Shown piece by piece: positions 44,947 through 59,087 of a DNA stretch of 64,000 nucleotides. Position numbers and translations under genes: made by a program. Under the pieces are notes generated by a model that saw only the letters and a program-made list of their open reading frames with translations, was not told the DNA's origin and did not search any database. This DNA is from Felis catus (lineage: Eukaryota): the NCBI RefSeq assembly GCF_018350175.1, contig NC_058368.1:142230001-142294000 (forward strand), written 5' to 3'. Every line of letters begins with the position of its first letter. Positions within the stretch are counted from its first letter, which is position 1.

Positions 44947-47285
44947 TGCCCGCCCCTTTCTTTTTGATGAGAACTCCTAAGATCTACTCTCCCAACAAAT
45001 TTCAGTTGTACAGTATAGTATCATCAACTACAGTCATTATATTCTACATTAGATCCTCAGATCTTAGTGGATTTTATAGCTGAAAGTTTGTACCTTTTAA
45101 TCAACATCTGCCCATTTCCCTCATCCCCTGGCAACCACCATTGTACTGTGTTTCTATGAGTTCAACTTTTTTTTTTTTTTCCCGATTCCACGTGTAAGTG
45201 ATATCGTTCATTATTTATCATTCTCTGTCTGGCTTATTTCACTTAGCATAATGTTCTCCATAATGCATACAGTTATAAATGACAGGATTTCCGTCTAAGG
45301 CTGAGTACTGTTCCACTGTATATAAACCATTCTTCCATCGATGGACATTTAGGTGGTTTCCATTCCTTGGCTATTGTGAATAGTGCTGCGATGAACATAG
45401 GATTACATGTGTTTCTTTGAGATAATGACTGTGTTATCTTTTGATAACTGCCTCTAAATGGATTTGCTAGATTGTACAGTAGTTCTATTTTTAATTTGTT
45501 GAGGAATCTCCATGTTGTTTTCCATGGTGGTTGCATCAGTATACATTCCCACCAACAGTGCACAACTGTATATCCTTGTCAACACTTATTTCTTATCTTT
45601 TTGATAATAGCCTTTTTAACAGGTTAGAGGTGGTAAATGATTTTGGCTTTGATTTGCATTTCTCTGATGATTAGTGATGTTGAGCACCTTCTCATCTACC
45701 TGTTAACTATCTGTGTGTCTTCTGTGGAAAAATGTCTTTTCACATCTTATGCTCATTTTTCTTAATTGGATTTTTCTTTTGCTATTGAATTGTATCAGTT
45801 CTTTTTATATTTTGGATATTAATATTTTACAAGATAAATTATTTCCAAATATTTTCTCCCATCCATTAGGTTTCCTTCACTATGCAGAAGCTTTGTATTT
45901 GATGTAGTTCCACTTGTTGAATTTTTCTTTTGTTATTTTTGCTTTTAGTGTAAAATCCAAAAAAGCATCACCAGGAATGGTGTCAAGGGGCTTACCACCT
46001 ATGTTTTCTTCTATGAGTTTTATGGTTTCAAGTGATTCACTTAAGTCTTAAATCAGTTTTCAGTTCATTTTTGTGTATGGTGTAAAATAGTGGTCTCATT
46101 TTATTCTTTTGCATGTGGCTGTCCAGTTTTTCCAACACCATTTATTGAACCCTGTTATGCGATTGTTTGTATTTGGCTCCTTTGTGTGGTACGTTAACTT
46201 ACGTTAATACATATATGTATTTGGGTTTGTTTCTGGGCTATTTTGTTCCATTAATCTCTGTGTTTGTAGGTCACTGCTATACTCTGGATTAGTATAGCTT
46301 TGTAATTAGGAATTGTGATGCTTGCAGCTTGGTCCTTCTTTCTCAAGATTGCTGTGGTGATTCATAGTCTTTTATGGTTCAGTACAAATTTTAGGATTGT
46401 TTTATTTTTGTGAAAAATGCCACAATATTGATGGGGATTTTTGTGGAATCTGTAGATTGCTTTGAACACTGTGGACATTTTGACGTTACTAATTTTTCCA
46501 GTGTACAAGCATGATGTACCTTTCCATTTATTTGTGGTGGTGTCAGTTTCTTTAATCAATCTCTTAAAGTTTTCAGTGTGAGGGTCTTCCACTTTCTAGG
46601 TTAAATTTATTCCTAGGTATCTTATCTTTTTGAAGCAATTTTAAATAAGGTTTTCTTAATTTCTCTGATTTTTCTTAATTTCTCTTTCTGGTAGTTTGTT
46701 ATTAGTGTATGGAAACACAGATTTTTGTATACTGATTTTGTATCCTATAACTTGACTGAATTTATTCGAACAGTTTTTCAGTTGAGTCTGTAAGGTTATT
46801 CTATATATCAAATCATGTAATCTGCAAATGGTGATAGATTTATTTCTTCCTTCTATCATACGATCATACGATTTTAATCTTTCATTTTGTTAACATGGTA
46901 TAGCACTTTGTTTTTGTTGTTGTTTTTAATATTTTTTTTCAATTTTTATTTTCTTTTCCTTTTTTTTCAGGAATAGAATTTAGTGATTCATTACTTACAT
47001 ATAACACCCAGTGCTCATCCCAACAAGTACCCTCCTTAGTGCTCATCACCCATTTAGTTCATCCCCCCACCCAACACCTGTCCAGCAACCTTCAGTTTGT
47101 TCCGTTTTAAGAGTCTTTTATGGTTTGTCTTTCTCTCTGTTTTTATATTATTTTTGCTTCCCTTCCCTATGTTTATCTGTTTTTTTCTTAAATTCCACAT
47201 ATGAATGAAATCATATGATATTTGTCTTTATCTGACTTATTTCGCTTAGCGTAATACACTCTAGTTCCATCCACATTGTTGCAAA

Positions 47286-47293
47286 TATATATG

Positions 47294-47331
<38 letters not shown>

Positions 47332-47338
47332 TACACAC
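47286..47338. repeat. Compound (TA)n(CA)n microsatellite in the L1 3' UTR
   Basis: Read directly from the sequence. Confidence 0.9.
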
Positions 47339-50147
47339 CACATTTTAATGCATTCGTCAGTCGATGGACATTTGGGCTCTTGCCATACTTTAGCTACTGT
47401 TGATAGTCCTGCTCTAAACATTGGGGTGCATGTGCCTCTTTGAATCAGTATTTTCATATCCTTCAGATAAGTACCTAGTAGTGTAGTCGTTGGGTCAGAG
47501 AGTAGTTCTATTTTTCACTTTTTGAGGAACCTCCATACTGTTTTCCACAGTGGCTGCACCAGTTTGCATTTCCACCAGCAGTGCAAAAGGGTTCCTCTTT
47601 CTCTGCATCTTCACCAGTATCTTTTGTTTCCTGAGTTGTTCATTCTAGCCATTCTGACAGGTGTGAGGTAGTATCTTACTGTGGTTTTGACTTGTATTTC
47701 CCTGATGATGAGTAATGATGAGCATCTTTTCATGTGTCAATTAGCCATCTGGATGTCTTCTTTGGAAAAGTGTCTATTCATGTCTTTTGCCCATTTCTTC
47801 ACTGGATTATTTGTTTTTTGGGTGTTGAGTTTGATAAGTTCTTTATAGATTTTGGATACTAACCTTTTATCTGATATGTCATTTGCAAATATATTCTCCC
47901 ATTCCGTCAGTTTCTTTTCAGTTTTGTTGATTGTTTCGTTCATTGTACAGAAGCTTTTTATCTTGGTGAGGTCTCAATAGTTCATTTTTGCTTTTATTTC
48001 CCTTGCCTTTGGGGACATGTCAAGTAAGAAGTTGCTGTGGCTGAGGTCAAAAAGGTTGTTGCCTTGTTTCTCGTCTAGGATATTTTTGGCTTCCTATCTT
48101 ACATTTAGTCCTTTCATCCATTTTGAGTTTATTTTTCTGTATGGTATAAGAAAGTGGTCCAGGTTCATTCTTCTGCTTGTTGCTGTTCAGTTTTCCCCAT
48201 ACCATTTGCTCAAGAGACTGTCGTTTTTCCATTGGATATTCTTTCTTGCTTTGTCAAAAATTAGTTGGCCATACGTTTGTGGGTCCATTTCTGGGTTCTC
48301 TCTTCTGTTCCATTGATCTGTGTGTCTGTGTTTGTGCCAGTACCATGCTGTCTTGATGAGTACAGCTTTGTAATACAGCTTGAAGTCTGGGATTGTGATG
48401 TCTCCAGTTTTGGTTTTCTTTCTCAACATTACTTTGGCAATTCATGGTCTTTTATGGTTCCATACAAATTTTAGAATTGTTTATTTTAGCTCTGTGAAGA
48501 ATGCTGGTGTTATATTGATCAGGATTGCATTGAATAGGTAGGCTGCTTTGGGTAGTATCGACATTTTAGCAATATTTGTTCTTCCGATCCATGAGCATTT
48601 CTTTTTGCCTTCTTCAATTTCTTTCATAAGCTTTCTATCGTTTTCAGTGTATACATCTTTTACGTCTTTGTTAGGTTTATTCCTAGGTATTTTAAAAGGT
48701 TTTCAGTGCAATTATAAATGGGATCAATTCCTTGATTTCTCTTTCTGTTTGATTATTGGTGTATAGAAATGCAACTCATTTCTATACATTGATTTTATAT
48801 CCTGTGACTTTGCTGAATTCATGTATCAGTTCTAACAGTTTTTTGGTGGAGTCTTTTTTTATCATGTCGTCTGTGAGGAGTGAAAGTTTGACTTCCTCCT
48901 TCCTGATTTGGATGCCCTTTATTTCTTTTTGTTGTCTGATTTCTGTGGCTAAGACTTCCGGTACTATGTTGAATAACAGTGGTAAGAGTGGACATCCCTG
49001 TCAGGTTTCTGACCTTAGGGGGAAAGCTCTCCATTTTTCCCCATTGAGGATGATATTAGCTGTGGGTTTTTTATATATGGCCTTTATGATCTTGAGGTAT
49101 ATTTCTTATATCCCTACTTTCTTGAGGGTTTTTGTCAAGAAAGGTTGCTGTACTTGGTCATTTGCTTTTCTGCATCTATAGAAAGGATCATGTGGTTCTT
49201 ATCCTTTCTTTTATTAATGGGATGTATCACTTTGATTTGCAGATATTGCACCAACCCCTCATCCCAGGACTAAATCCCACTTGATGGTGGTGAATAATTC
49301 TTTTAATGTATTGTTGGATCCCGTTTGCTAGTATCTTGTTGAAAATTTTTGCATCCATGTTCAGGGAAATTGGTCTGTAGTTCTCCTTTTTGTTGGAGTC
49401 TTTGGTTTTGGAATCAAGGTAATGCTGACCTCATAGGATGAGTTTGGAAGTTTTCCTTCCATTTTTGTTTTCTTGGAACAGCTTCTAAAGAAGAAGCTGG
49501 ATTCTTGTTTGTTGGGAGATATTTGATTACTGATTCAGTTTCTTTACCAGTTATGGGTCTGTTCAGATTTTCTATTTCTTCCTGTTTTAGTTTTTGGTAG
49601 TTTGTATGTTTTTAGGAATTTGTCCATTTTTTCCCAGATGCCCAATTTGTTGGCATATAATTGTTCACAATATTCTTTTAGTATTGTTTGTATTTCTGTA
49701 GTGTTGGTTGTGATCCCTCTTCTTTCATTTGTTATTTTATGTATTTGGGTCCTGTCCTTTTTCTTTTTGATCAGTCTGGCTAGGGATTTATCAGTTTTGT
49801 TAATTCTTTCAAAGAACAAGGCTTCTGGTTTCGTTGATCTGTTTTGTTTTTTTTAATTTCAGTATCATTATTTTCTTATCCTTATTATTTCCCTTCTGTT
49901 GGTGGTTTTGGGCTTTATTTGTTGTTCTCTTTCCAGCTTCTTTAGGTGTAAGGTCAGGTTGTGCATGTGAGGCCTTTCTTCATTCTTTAGAAAGGCCTGG
50001 ATTGTTATATACTTCCCTCTTATGACTGCCTTTGATGCATCCCAGAGGTTTTGGACTGTTGTGTTTTCATTTTTATTGGCTTCCATGTACTTTTGAATTT
50101 CCTCTTTAATTTCTTGGTGAACCCATTTGTTCTTTAGTCGGATGCTG

Positions 50148-50378
50148 TTTTTTTTTTTTTTTTTTTTTTTTAGTTTTTTTTTTTGTTACTGATTTTATTT
50201 ATCTTTGAGACAGAGAGAAAGCATGAGCTAGGGAGGGGCACAGAGAGAGGGAGATAGATCCAATGTGGGCTCTGTGCTGACAGCAGAGAGTCTGATGCAG
50301 GGCTCAAACTCACAAACCATGAGATCATCACCAGAGCTGAAATGGGACGCTTAGCCAACTGAGTGACCCAGGCACCCC
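50148..50378 (-). mobile_element. CanSINE within L1 ORF2, long T tail
   Basis: Approximate TSD agt(c/a)ggatg. Confidence 0.9.
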
Positions 50379-52093
50379 AGTAGGATGATCTTTAATCTCC
50401 AAGTATTCATGGTCTTTCCAATTTTTTTCTTGTGGTTGATTTCAAGTTTTATAGCATTATGGTCTGAAAATATGCATGGTATGATCTTGATCTTTTTGTA
50501 CTTGTTGAGGGCTGATTTGTGATGCAGTATGTTATCTATTCTGGAGAATGTCCCATGTGCACTAGAGAAGAATGTGTATTCTGCTTTAGGATGAAATGTT
50601 TTGAATATATCCGTTAAGTCCATCTGGTCCAGTGTATCATTCAAAGCGATTGTTTCCTTGTTGATTTTCTGTTTAGATGATCTATCCATTGTTGTAAGTG
50701 GGGTGTTGAAGTCCCCTACTATTATGATATTATTATCGATGAGTTTCTTTATATTTGTGATTAATTGTTTTATACATTTGGGTGCTCTCTAGTTGGGGGC
50801 GTAAATATTTACAATTGTTAGGTCTTCTTGATAGATAGACCCCTTAACTGTGATATAATGCCCTTTATCTGCTGTTACACTTTTTATTTCAAAATCTAGT
50901 TTGTCTGCTATAAATATGGCTACTCCAGCTTTCTTTTGATGTCCATTAGCATGATAGATGGTTCTCTATCCCATTAGTTTCAATCTGCAGGTGTCTTTAG
51001 GTCTAAAATGAGACCCTTGTAGGCAGCGTATAGTTGAGTCTTGGTTTTTTTTTTTGTTTGTTTTGTTTTTTTTTTGTTTTTTTAAATGGTACCATTCTGG
51101 TACCATCTCTCTCTTTTGGGGCATTTAGTTAATTTACATTTAGAGTGATAATTGAAAGATATTCAGTGGCATTGTGTTGCCTGTAGAGTTGGTGTTTCTG
51201 GTGATGCTCTCTGGTCCTTTCTAGTGTTTGTTGCTTTTGGTCTTTTTTGTTTTGTTTTGTCTTTTCTCCACTCAAAGAGTCCCCCCCCCCCCTTAAAATT
51301 TTTTGCAGGGCTGGTTTAGTGGTCACGAACTCCTTTAGTTTTTGTTTGTCTGGGAAGCTATTTATTTATTTATTTATTTATTTATCTCCTTCTATTTTGA
51401 ATGACAGCCTTGCTGGGTAAAGAATTCTTGGCTGCATATTTTTGTGATTCAGCATGTTGAATATATCCTGCCACTCCTTACTGGCCTGCCAAGTTTCTGT
51501 GGATAGATCTGCTGCAAACCTGATCTGACTTACCTTGTAGTTAAGGTCTTTTTTTCCCTTGTTTTCATAATTCTTCCCTTCCGTGTTTTTTGTGAATTTG
51601 ACTAGGTGATGGTCAGTTTTTGTTGAATCTAATGGGAGTTCTCTAAGTTTCTCAGATTTTGATGTCTGCCTCCTTCCCCACGTTAGGAAGGTTTGCAGCT
51701 ATAATTTGCTCACATAAACCTTTTCCCCTTTTTCTCTCTCTTCATCTTCTGGGACTCCTGTGATTCAGATGTTATTTTTTTTTAATAAGTCACTGAGTTC
51801 TCCAAGTCTTGTGTCATGATCTCTTGCCTTTGTTTCCCTCTTTTTTTCTGTTTCATTGTTCTCCATAATTTTATCTTCTGTTTTGTTGATTTGCTCCTCT
51901 TCATTGTCCATCCTTGCTGTTATGGCATACATTCAAGATTGTATCTCAGCGATACCATTTTTAACTTGAGCCTGACTAGATTTTACTTCTTTTATTTCCA
52001 CAGAAAGGTATTCTCTAGTGTCTTACATGCTTTTTCAACCCCACCTAGTATTCTTATAATTGTGGTTTTAAATTCTAGTTCAGATATCTTAAA

Positions 52094-52307
52094 TTTTTTT
52101 TTCAACGTTTTTATTTATTTTTGGGACAGAGAGAGACAGAGCATGAACGGGGGAGGGGCAGAGAGAGAGGGAGACACAGAATCAGAAACAGGCTCCAGGC
52201 TCTGAGCCATCAGCCCTGAGCCTGACGCGGGGCTCGAACTCACGGACCACGAGATCGTGACCTGGCTGAAGTCGGACGCTTAACTGACTGTGCCACCCAG
52301 GCGCCCC
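52094..52307 (-). mobile_element. Young CanSINE (SINEC_Fc1-like)
   Basis: Perfect 17-bp TSD ctagttcagatatctta at 52075-52091 and 52307-52323. Confidence 0.95.
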
Positions 52308-53317
52308 TAGTTCAGATATCTTATATCTGTGTTGATTACATCCTTGGCTGTGATTTCCTCTTGCTCTTTCTTTTGGGATGAATTCGTCAATCTGGAGGAA
52401 GAAAAATTAATAAAATAAAAGGATAAAAATTTAAAAATTAAAAAAAAAGAAAATTAAAGGAACCTAGATCTTAGGTTTGTTTTGGTCTGCTTGTTGAAAG
52501 AAGCTTGATAGAATAGAGAAAAAAGGGAAAGGAAAGAAAAAGTTTAAAGATTAAAAAAATTTTAATAAAATAGATGAAAATTTTTTTTCAGAATTAAAAA
52601 AAAAATTAAAAAAGAATTTGCTTTTTCTGTATCCAAGAAAGAGAAAGAAAAGAAAGAAAAAAGAAAACAATTTAAACAAAAACAGAAGCAAAGAAAACAA
52701 ATAAGTGAACCAGCAAACAGAATGAAACCTGAATCAAGTTAGATCTGGTTTCCCCTAGAACTGAAACTTAGAAGCACTCTGTAGCCCATACACTAAACAG
52801 GATTTGTGCTGGTCTTCTGGGGGATATTCTTGGAGGGTGCATTTGGGCAGGACTTGGTGTAATAGCTCCCTTCTCCATGAGGTGGTGCTCCTTAGCTTAC
52901 CTGGGTGGATCGGTCTGCATGTACACATACATGTGTACAGTAGAGGTGGAAATGGCTTTCCCTAGCTCCCTAGTCTCACTGACCCCCGATCAGGCACCCT
53001 TTTTTTGTTTTAGGTCTCTGTCCTCTCCCTGCCTCTCTCTACCTTGTCCTTGTCCAAGCTGTGCACCTGCCAGGTGGCACCTCCCTCCAAACTTTTATCT
53101 CACATAGGTTGTGTTTCAAAACTCCACACTTCAGAGACTCTTGTGGCTTGGACCCACACCAACTCTCTGGGGGAGGATCTTGTTGAGCAATGGCTGGGTG
53201 CCAGCTTGCCCCAGAAACCATTCCTGCGATTTTACATTGGGCGAGGAGAGTTGCAGAGGATCAGAGATTATGGTGCAACACCACACAGTGGGCACTGGGT
53301 TTTGCCACACTCTGAGG

Positions 53318-53548
53318 TTGTTTTTTTTTTAATTTTTTTTTTTTTACATTTATTTATTTTTGAGAAACAGAGTGAGACAAAATGAGCAGGGGAGGGGCAG
53401 AGAGAGGAGACACAGTATCTGAAGCAGGCTCCAGGCTCCGAGCAAGCAGTCAGCACAGAGCCCGATGTGGGGCTCGAACCCACGAACCGTGAGATCATGA
53501 CCTGAGCCGAAGTCAGACGCTCAACCGACTGAGCCACCTAGGCACCCC
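53318..53548 (-). mobile_element. CanSINE within the L1 5' UTR
   Basis: TSD ccacactctgag. Confidence 0.93.
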
Positions 53549-55244
53549 CACACTCTGAGTTTTTTTTGCCCCAATACCAGCAAATGTGATACTCTCTGGG
53601 ATCTGATGGGACATTTGTCTGCAGGGAGGGTGTATGGCCACTACCAGATGCACTCCAAGCAGGGGAAACACCTCTTCCTGTGTGGCACACAGACCTCTCA
53701 GACCACTACCTGCTCCTGGGGATTTGCCCTACTTCTTCGCCAGAGCACCACCAGGCACTGAGCTCTGAACCTTCAGATGCTGTGCTCTACTGTTTATAGG
53801 ATCCTGATGGCATTGAAACCCTCTCCTTTGTCCTTGTCAATGTTTTTGACCAAGAACCACATTTTCTTTGATCAGTCCCCTATGAGTGTTTTCACTCTTT
53901 CTTTCTCTCCAGCTACTTTCAGCAGGAGTGCTTTTCTTGCATGATCCCAATGCGTCTTACTCTCCCCCTTTCTCTCTCTATCCTCTCTCCACAAAAATGG
54001 CTCCCTGCCTTCCTCGGCTTTTCTCTCCTCCATTTCACGTCTCCACACCGTGTCCCTGCCAAATTCTGTAGCTCAGGTTATGCAGATTGTTGGGTTTATC
54101 CTCAGATCATTTCCTAGGTGTTCAAGATGGTTTGGTGCTGATCTAGTTCTGTTTCAGGGACAAGACAACGTCAGGGTCTCCATGCTGTTCTGCCATCAAC
54201 TCCTCTGATATATCACTTTGATATGTGGATGTCAGACCATCCTTGCATCCCTGGAATAAATCTCATTTGATCATGGTGTATGATCCTTTTCATGTATAGT
54301 TGAATTTAGTGTGCTATTTTTTATTAAGGATTTTTGCCCCTGTGTTCACCAGGGATATTGGTCTATATTTTCTTGCAGTGTACTTGTATTATAGTGTATT
54401 TATTGTAATGTACCTGTACTTGGGTATCAGGGTAATCTTGGCCTTATAAAATGAGTTTCAAAGTATTTCCTTCTCTTCCATGTTTTGGGAAGAGTTTGAG
54501 AAGGATTGGTATTAATTCTTCTTCAAATGTTTGTTAGAATTCACCAGTGAAGCCATGTGGTCCTAGAGTTTTGTTTGTTGGGAGGTTTTTGATTCCTAAT
54601 TCAACCTCTTTATCAGATTTTCTTTCTTCATGATTCGGATTTGGTAGGTTGTATATTTCTAGGAATTTATTTATTCTGTGTTATTTAATTTGTTGGAGTA
54701 TAAACTCATGTATTCTTAGTTTCTTTCAAGTTTACTGTGTACACTTAAATCTTGTAAATAATAATAAAATTAATAGTTTTTTCCCTGGTGAAATTCTCTT
54801 GATGTGTTTGTGTGCACACTTCAGTATCTAGATCACTTTGTGGGGTCTATTGGTAGTGTCTATTTTTTTCCCTTGCCTTTCAGTCAGATGGTGCTACCTA
54901 TTGGCATATTTAAGTGAGACTTAATTGGATCTGGACATGGTGAATAAAGAATTGTGGAGGCTTCTGACGATGTTCAGTTTCAGAGAAATTCCACCCTTTA
55001 TTTTACTTAACAGAGTAGAAATCAAAGGCTGAGCAGATTGAATGCTGAGTTGCAGTTACGTGTAATTTCTATCTCTGATTTTCCCCTGGTCCTAGAGATT
55101 AATCCTCTAAGGTTTTAAATTGAGGGCCTGGTATTTTCACTAGAACTTCCCCCCCAGCAAGTCCTGGACTCAAACAGTGTAAGCCTGTTACCTCTGGAGG
55201 GGAGAAGGGAGGGAGGGCAACATCCTCTCAGAGCATCCATAGTG

Positions 55245-55825
55245 TTAAAATTATTTCATCATGTTATTATTTTGCAAGTATACAATGGAGTGTTTCAGAA
55301 GCTACATAATATGGTATTGGAGGTAGTTTGCAGAAGCAGAGAATGCAGCTATCTTCATTTAAGCCACATAGGAAACAGGTTTTCAAAAATACAAAGTAAT
55401 GCTGATCTTTTCATTATTTGGGGTGAGGGGAATAGTTTTCACACAAAAAAAGTTACTTAAAAATGAATTAGGGGCGCCTGGGTGGCGCAGTCGGTTAAGC
55501 GTCCGACTTCAGCCAGGTCACGATCTCGCCGTCCGTGAGTTCGAGCCCCGCGTCAGGCTCTGGGCTGATGGCTCGGAGCCTGGAGCCTGTTTCCGATGCT
55601 GTGTCTCCCTCTCTCTCTGCCCCTCCCCCATTCATGCTCTGTTTCTCTCTGTCCCAAAAATAAATAAAAAACGTTGAAAAAAAATTTTAAAAAAAATGAA
55701 TTAAATCTTTTATTTCTCAATTTTCATTCTTAATTTGGTAAATCAATTACTATAGCAAAATAAAAAATTCCTGGTGATCCTCAACAAAAAAGAGGTCTTG
55801 ATATCAAAAGCTTGAGAATTGCTGT
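55245..55825. mobile_element. Charlie1-like hAT transposon end fragment, interrupted by a SINE
   Basis: tttcagaagctacat...cagctatcttcatttaagccacat...aaaagcttgagaattgctg terminus. Confidence 0.65.
55471..55696 (+). mobile_element. Young CanSINE (SINEC_Fc1-like)
   Basis: CpG-intact; TSD aaaaatgaatta at 55459-55470 and 55692-55703. Confidence 0.95.
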
Positions 55826-55827
55826 TC

Positions 55828-55938
55828 TTTTTTTTTTTTTTTCTTTTTAAACTAGGCCCCACACCCAAAGTGGGGCCCCAGCTCAAGACCCTGAGATCAA
55901 GAATCACATGTTCTACTGACTGATCCAGCTAGGAGCCT
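55828..55938 (-). mobile_element. Short CanSINE variant
   Basis: TSD gagaattgctgttct. Confidence 0.87.
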
Positions 55939-57019
55939 GGAGAATTGCTGTTCTAATCCTTTCATCCTTAGGGAACAGTACAGGAAGGTGTACTCTGCTT
56001 TTAGGGGTTTTGCTTAGCTTTTTAGCTTGTGTGTGTGGCACATGTTTTACGAGAGAAGTTGGGTGCACCGTTGGGCCAGTTTTATGCTTCTCACGTCTCA
56101 TCAGTATTTTGTTACATTGTGTCTTTAGTTTTGTATCTCTAGTTCTGTGAGACTGCAGAAGTTTTGTTGGTTTGTCTGTTCCCTGGCAGCAGGCCTCTGT
56201 GCAGGCAGAGTCTGGATTGTGCCTCTTAGATTGTGCATTCAGAGAAAATGTGGCTTTTAAAATGTCTCTTTACATTTTTGTAATTCTCTTCTCCAGAATC
56301 ATGGTCTCTCTATTCCTGGATGCTTCAGCAGTTCTTTAATGGATTTAAATGGTGGTGGTTTTTGTTCATTTATCCTGCTGTTCTAATTGTTCTCAGTAAG
56401 GATATGGTTGACACTAGCTATTTTGTCACATTCAGAAGTTTAAAAAAAATATTCGTAATTACTACAATCACAATAAATGATGTTTGCATTTTTTAAAGTT
56501 CTCCTACAATGGAAGCAGAGCTGTTATGCTTTAATTTTGAAGATAATTTTGAAAATAATAATTTTGGCATTTCCTTGATACCAAGGAATATGTGAAACCT
56601 AAAATATTAGACATAATCATGAAATGTCTGTGAACTGTGAACCCATTGCTCAATGTAAGAAATAGAACATGATCAGTAATGCTGAAACTCTCACTTGATC
56701 CCATTTCCCTTTTTCCATAGGTAATCAAACTGAAGTTAAGATAACTTTGCTCATTTCTCTACCTGTAATTGTTTTTACTATATGTATATGTGTTCCCAAA
56801 CCACCTTTTTAAGCTTATGGAGAATACTTTTTTCAAGTAATTTATAGTTTTATCTAAGTGATAAATTTTTCCTTTGAAGTTACATATATAATAAAAAAAA
56901 AATTTAAGGATTTTTTTTTTTTTTGTAAAATAAATAATGCTACCCTCTTTCTCCCCGTAGTTGTTGTTCCTGACTTATATTTTTGACAATTGTCTCTGTA
57001 TTTAAAAGTAATAATCGTA

Positions 57020-57237
57020 GGGGTGCCTGCGTGGCTTAGTTGGTTAAGCAGCCAACTTTAGCTCAGGTCATGATCTCGTGGTTCACGAGTTTGAGCCCCG
57101 CATCGGGCCCTGTGCTGACAGTTCAGAGCCTGGAGCCTGCTTTGGATTCTGTGTCTGCCTCTCTCTCTGCCCCTCCCCTGCTCATGCTCTGTCTCTTTCT
57201 CTCTCTCTTAAAAATGAATAATAAAACATTAAAAATT
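57020..57237 (+). mobile_element. CanSINE
   Basis: ggggtgcctgcgtggcttagttggttaag head; A tail. Confidence 0.93.
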
Positions 57238-57989
57238 AATCATATACTACCATTTCTTGGTATTTATAGCTTTATTGAGATATATTTTACATACCATAAA
57301 ATTCACCCATTCAGTGGTTCGGTTCATTGATTTTGAGGAGGTTTTATAGAGTTGTGCAACCATCACCATGATCATTTTTAAAACTTTTTTCATCCCCCTA
57401 AAAATTTTCCTGGATCTCATTTGTAATCAATCTGCATTCCTACTCCTTAGCTCCAGGCAACCACTGATCTGTTGTCTGTCTCTGACATTTCTGTTCTCTG
57501 GATATTTCTTGGAAATGGAATCAGAATATGTAGCCATTTCCTGTATTCTTTTACTTTGAGTAGTGTTTTTGAGGTTCATCAAGCTTCAAAATGTGTAAGT
57601 GATTTATTTCTTTTTAACTACTAAATAGTTTTCCATTCATGGACTACTACTATGGATGGTATTCATTCATACCAATTTTTTTTTGTCCCTTCATGGACAG
57701 TTTGGCTTCTTTTCAGTGTTTAACTTTATGGATAATGTTAACATTTGTGCTAAGTCTTTGTGTGGACATGTTTTCATTTTTCTTAGGTTGAGATGGCATT
57801 AGTGAGTTGTAGCTTTTACTTACCATGGTTAAGTTTTTAAGAAACTGCTAAACCTTCTTCCAAAGTGGTTGTACCATTTTACATTTTTACCACAATGTTG
57901 TTTGGGAGTTCTAGTTTCTCTACATCTTCATTAACACTTTATGTTATTTGTCTTTGATTATAGCCATTCTAGTGGGTGTGTAAGTATTG

Positions 57990-58199
57990 TGTTTTTTAAA
58001 AAAAGTGTTTACTTATTTAGAGAGAGAGAGCACAAGTGGGTTAGGGGCAGAGAGAGGGGGAGGAATGGAATCCTAAGCAGACTCCACACTGTTAGCACAG
58101 AGCCAGGCACAGGGCTTGATACCACAAACCGCGAGATTATGACTTGAGCTGAAATCAAGAGCTGGATGCTTAACAGACTGAGCTACCCAGGCACTCCCC
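57990..58199 (-). mobile_element. CanSINE
   Basis: Standard body. Confidence 0.9.
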
Positions 58200-59087
58200 T
58201 GTTGTTACTTTAATTTGGATTTTTCTAGTTACTAATGTTTTGGCCACCTTTTTATTCATTTACTATTTGTGTGTTGTCTTTGGTGAAATGTCTGTTCAAG
58301 TTCATTGCCTTCACTATTAAGTTTCAGCAGTTTCTGTTTTGTTATATATTCTTTTTTACGAGTTATAGATTATGGATACAAGACCTTGATATGATTTGCA
58401 GATATCTTATAGCCTGTGGCTTTTTAGTGGTATATTAGGGATCACAAAAACTTTCCATTTTAATGTAGTTTATCACTCTTTTCCTTTCTTTTTGTTCTCT
58501 TAGTGTCTTGCCTAAGAACTCTTGGCATAATCCAAGATTATGAAGATTTTCTTTGTTTTCTTCTAGATGATTCTAGTTTTATCTGTTATATGATCCATTT
58601 TTGAGTTAATTTTTTGTTGTGTGGACTAAATATTTAAATTTGTCTTTTTATATGCGGATATCCAAATATCAGCACTATTTGTTAAAGCAGTTATCTGTAC
58701 TAAATAGCTTTTGCACTTTTGATGGACCTGTCTCATTGTATTCTTCGGCATTTTATAAAAATCCATTGACCATACAATTAAGGATTTATTTTTGGACTCA
58801 GTTCTGATCCATTGAACTATGAGTCTATCTTTACACCAGTATCCCATTCTTGATTAACATTGCTTTATGATGATAGTCCTCCAATTTTGTTTTTTTTTTT
58901 TTGTTTTTTTTTTTTTCAGAATTATTTTGGCTATGTAAGATTCTTTTTATTACTTGGTCTAAATTTTGTAATCATTTTAACCATTTTTGTAAAAAATGAA
59001 TGTACCTCTTGGGATTTTGATAGAGATTGAGTTAAATTTGTAGGCCAGTTTGGGGAGAATTGGTATCTTAACAATATTGAGTTTTGT

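Larger units (their letters stand above)
46911..54208 (-). mobile_element. Full-length feliform/carnivore L1 with disrupted ORFs, antisense to SCAMP1
   Basis: 5' end gaggagttgatggcagaacagcatggagaccc (minus strand). ORF2 relics YTFFSSAHGTFSRID...FSDHNAIKLE and [14 protein letters not shown]-rich tail near 46911-46968. TSD tata(g/t)cactttg at 46899-46910 and 54209-54220. Confidence 0.93.
44605..54710 (-). mobile_element. L1MA-like element (44605-46910 plus 54209-54710) split by a younger full-length L1
   Basis: ctttattgaggtgtaattgac 3' end; ORF2 relics. The ORF2 sequence resumes seamlessly across the TSD (...ggtatagcactttg | atatgtggatgtcagaccatccttgcatccctgg). Confidence 0.88.

Noticed and set aside
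52395..52710. Long A-rich low-complexity tract as a separate element
   Set aside because: It lies between ORF1 and the 5' UTR of the antisense L1 and fits the T-rich segment of that element's 5' region.
22781..54208. Active, retrotransposition-competent L1
   Set aside because: Both long L1s have ORFs broken into short pieces by stops, frameshifts and SINE insertions.
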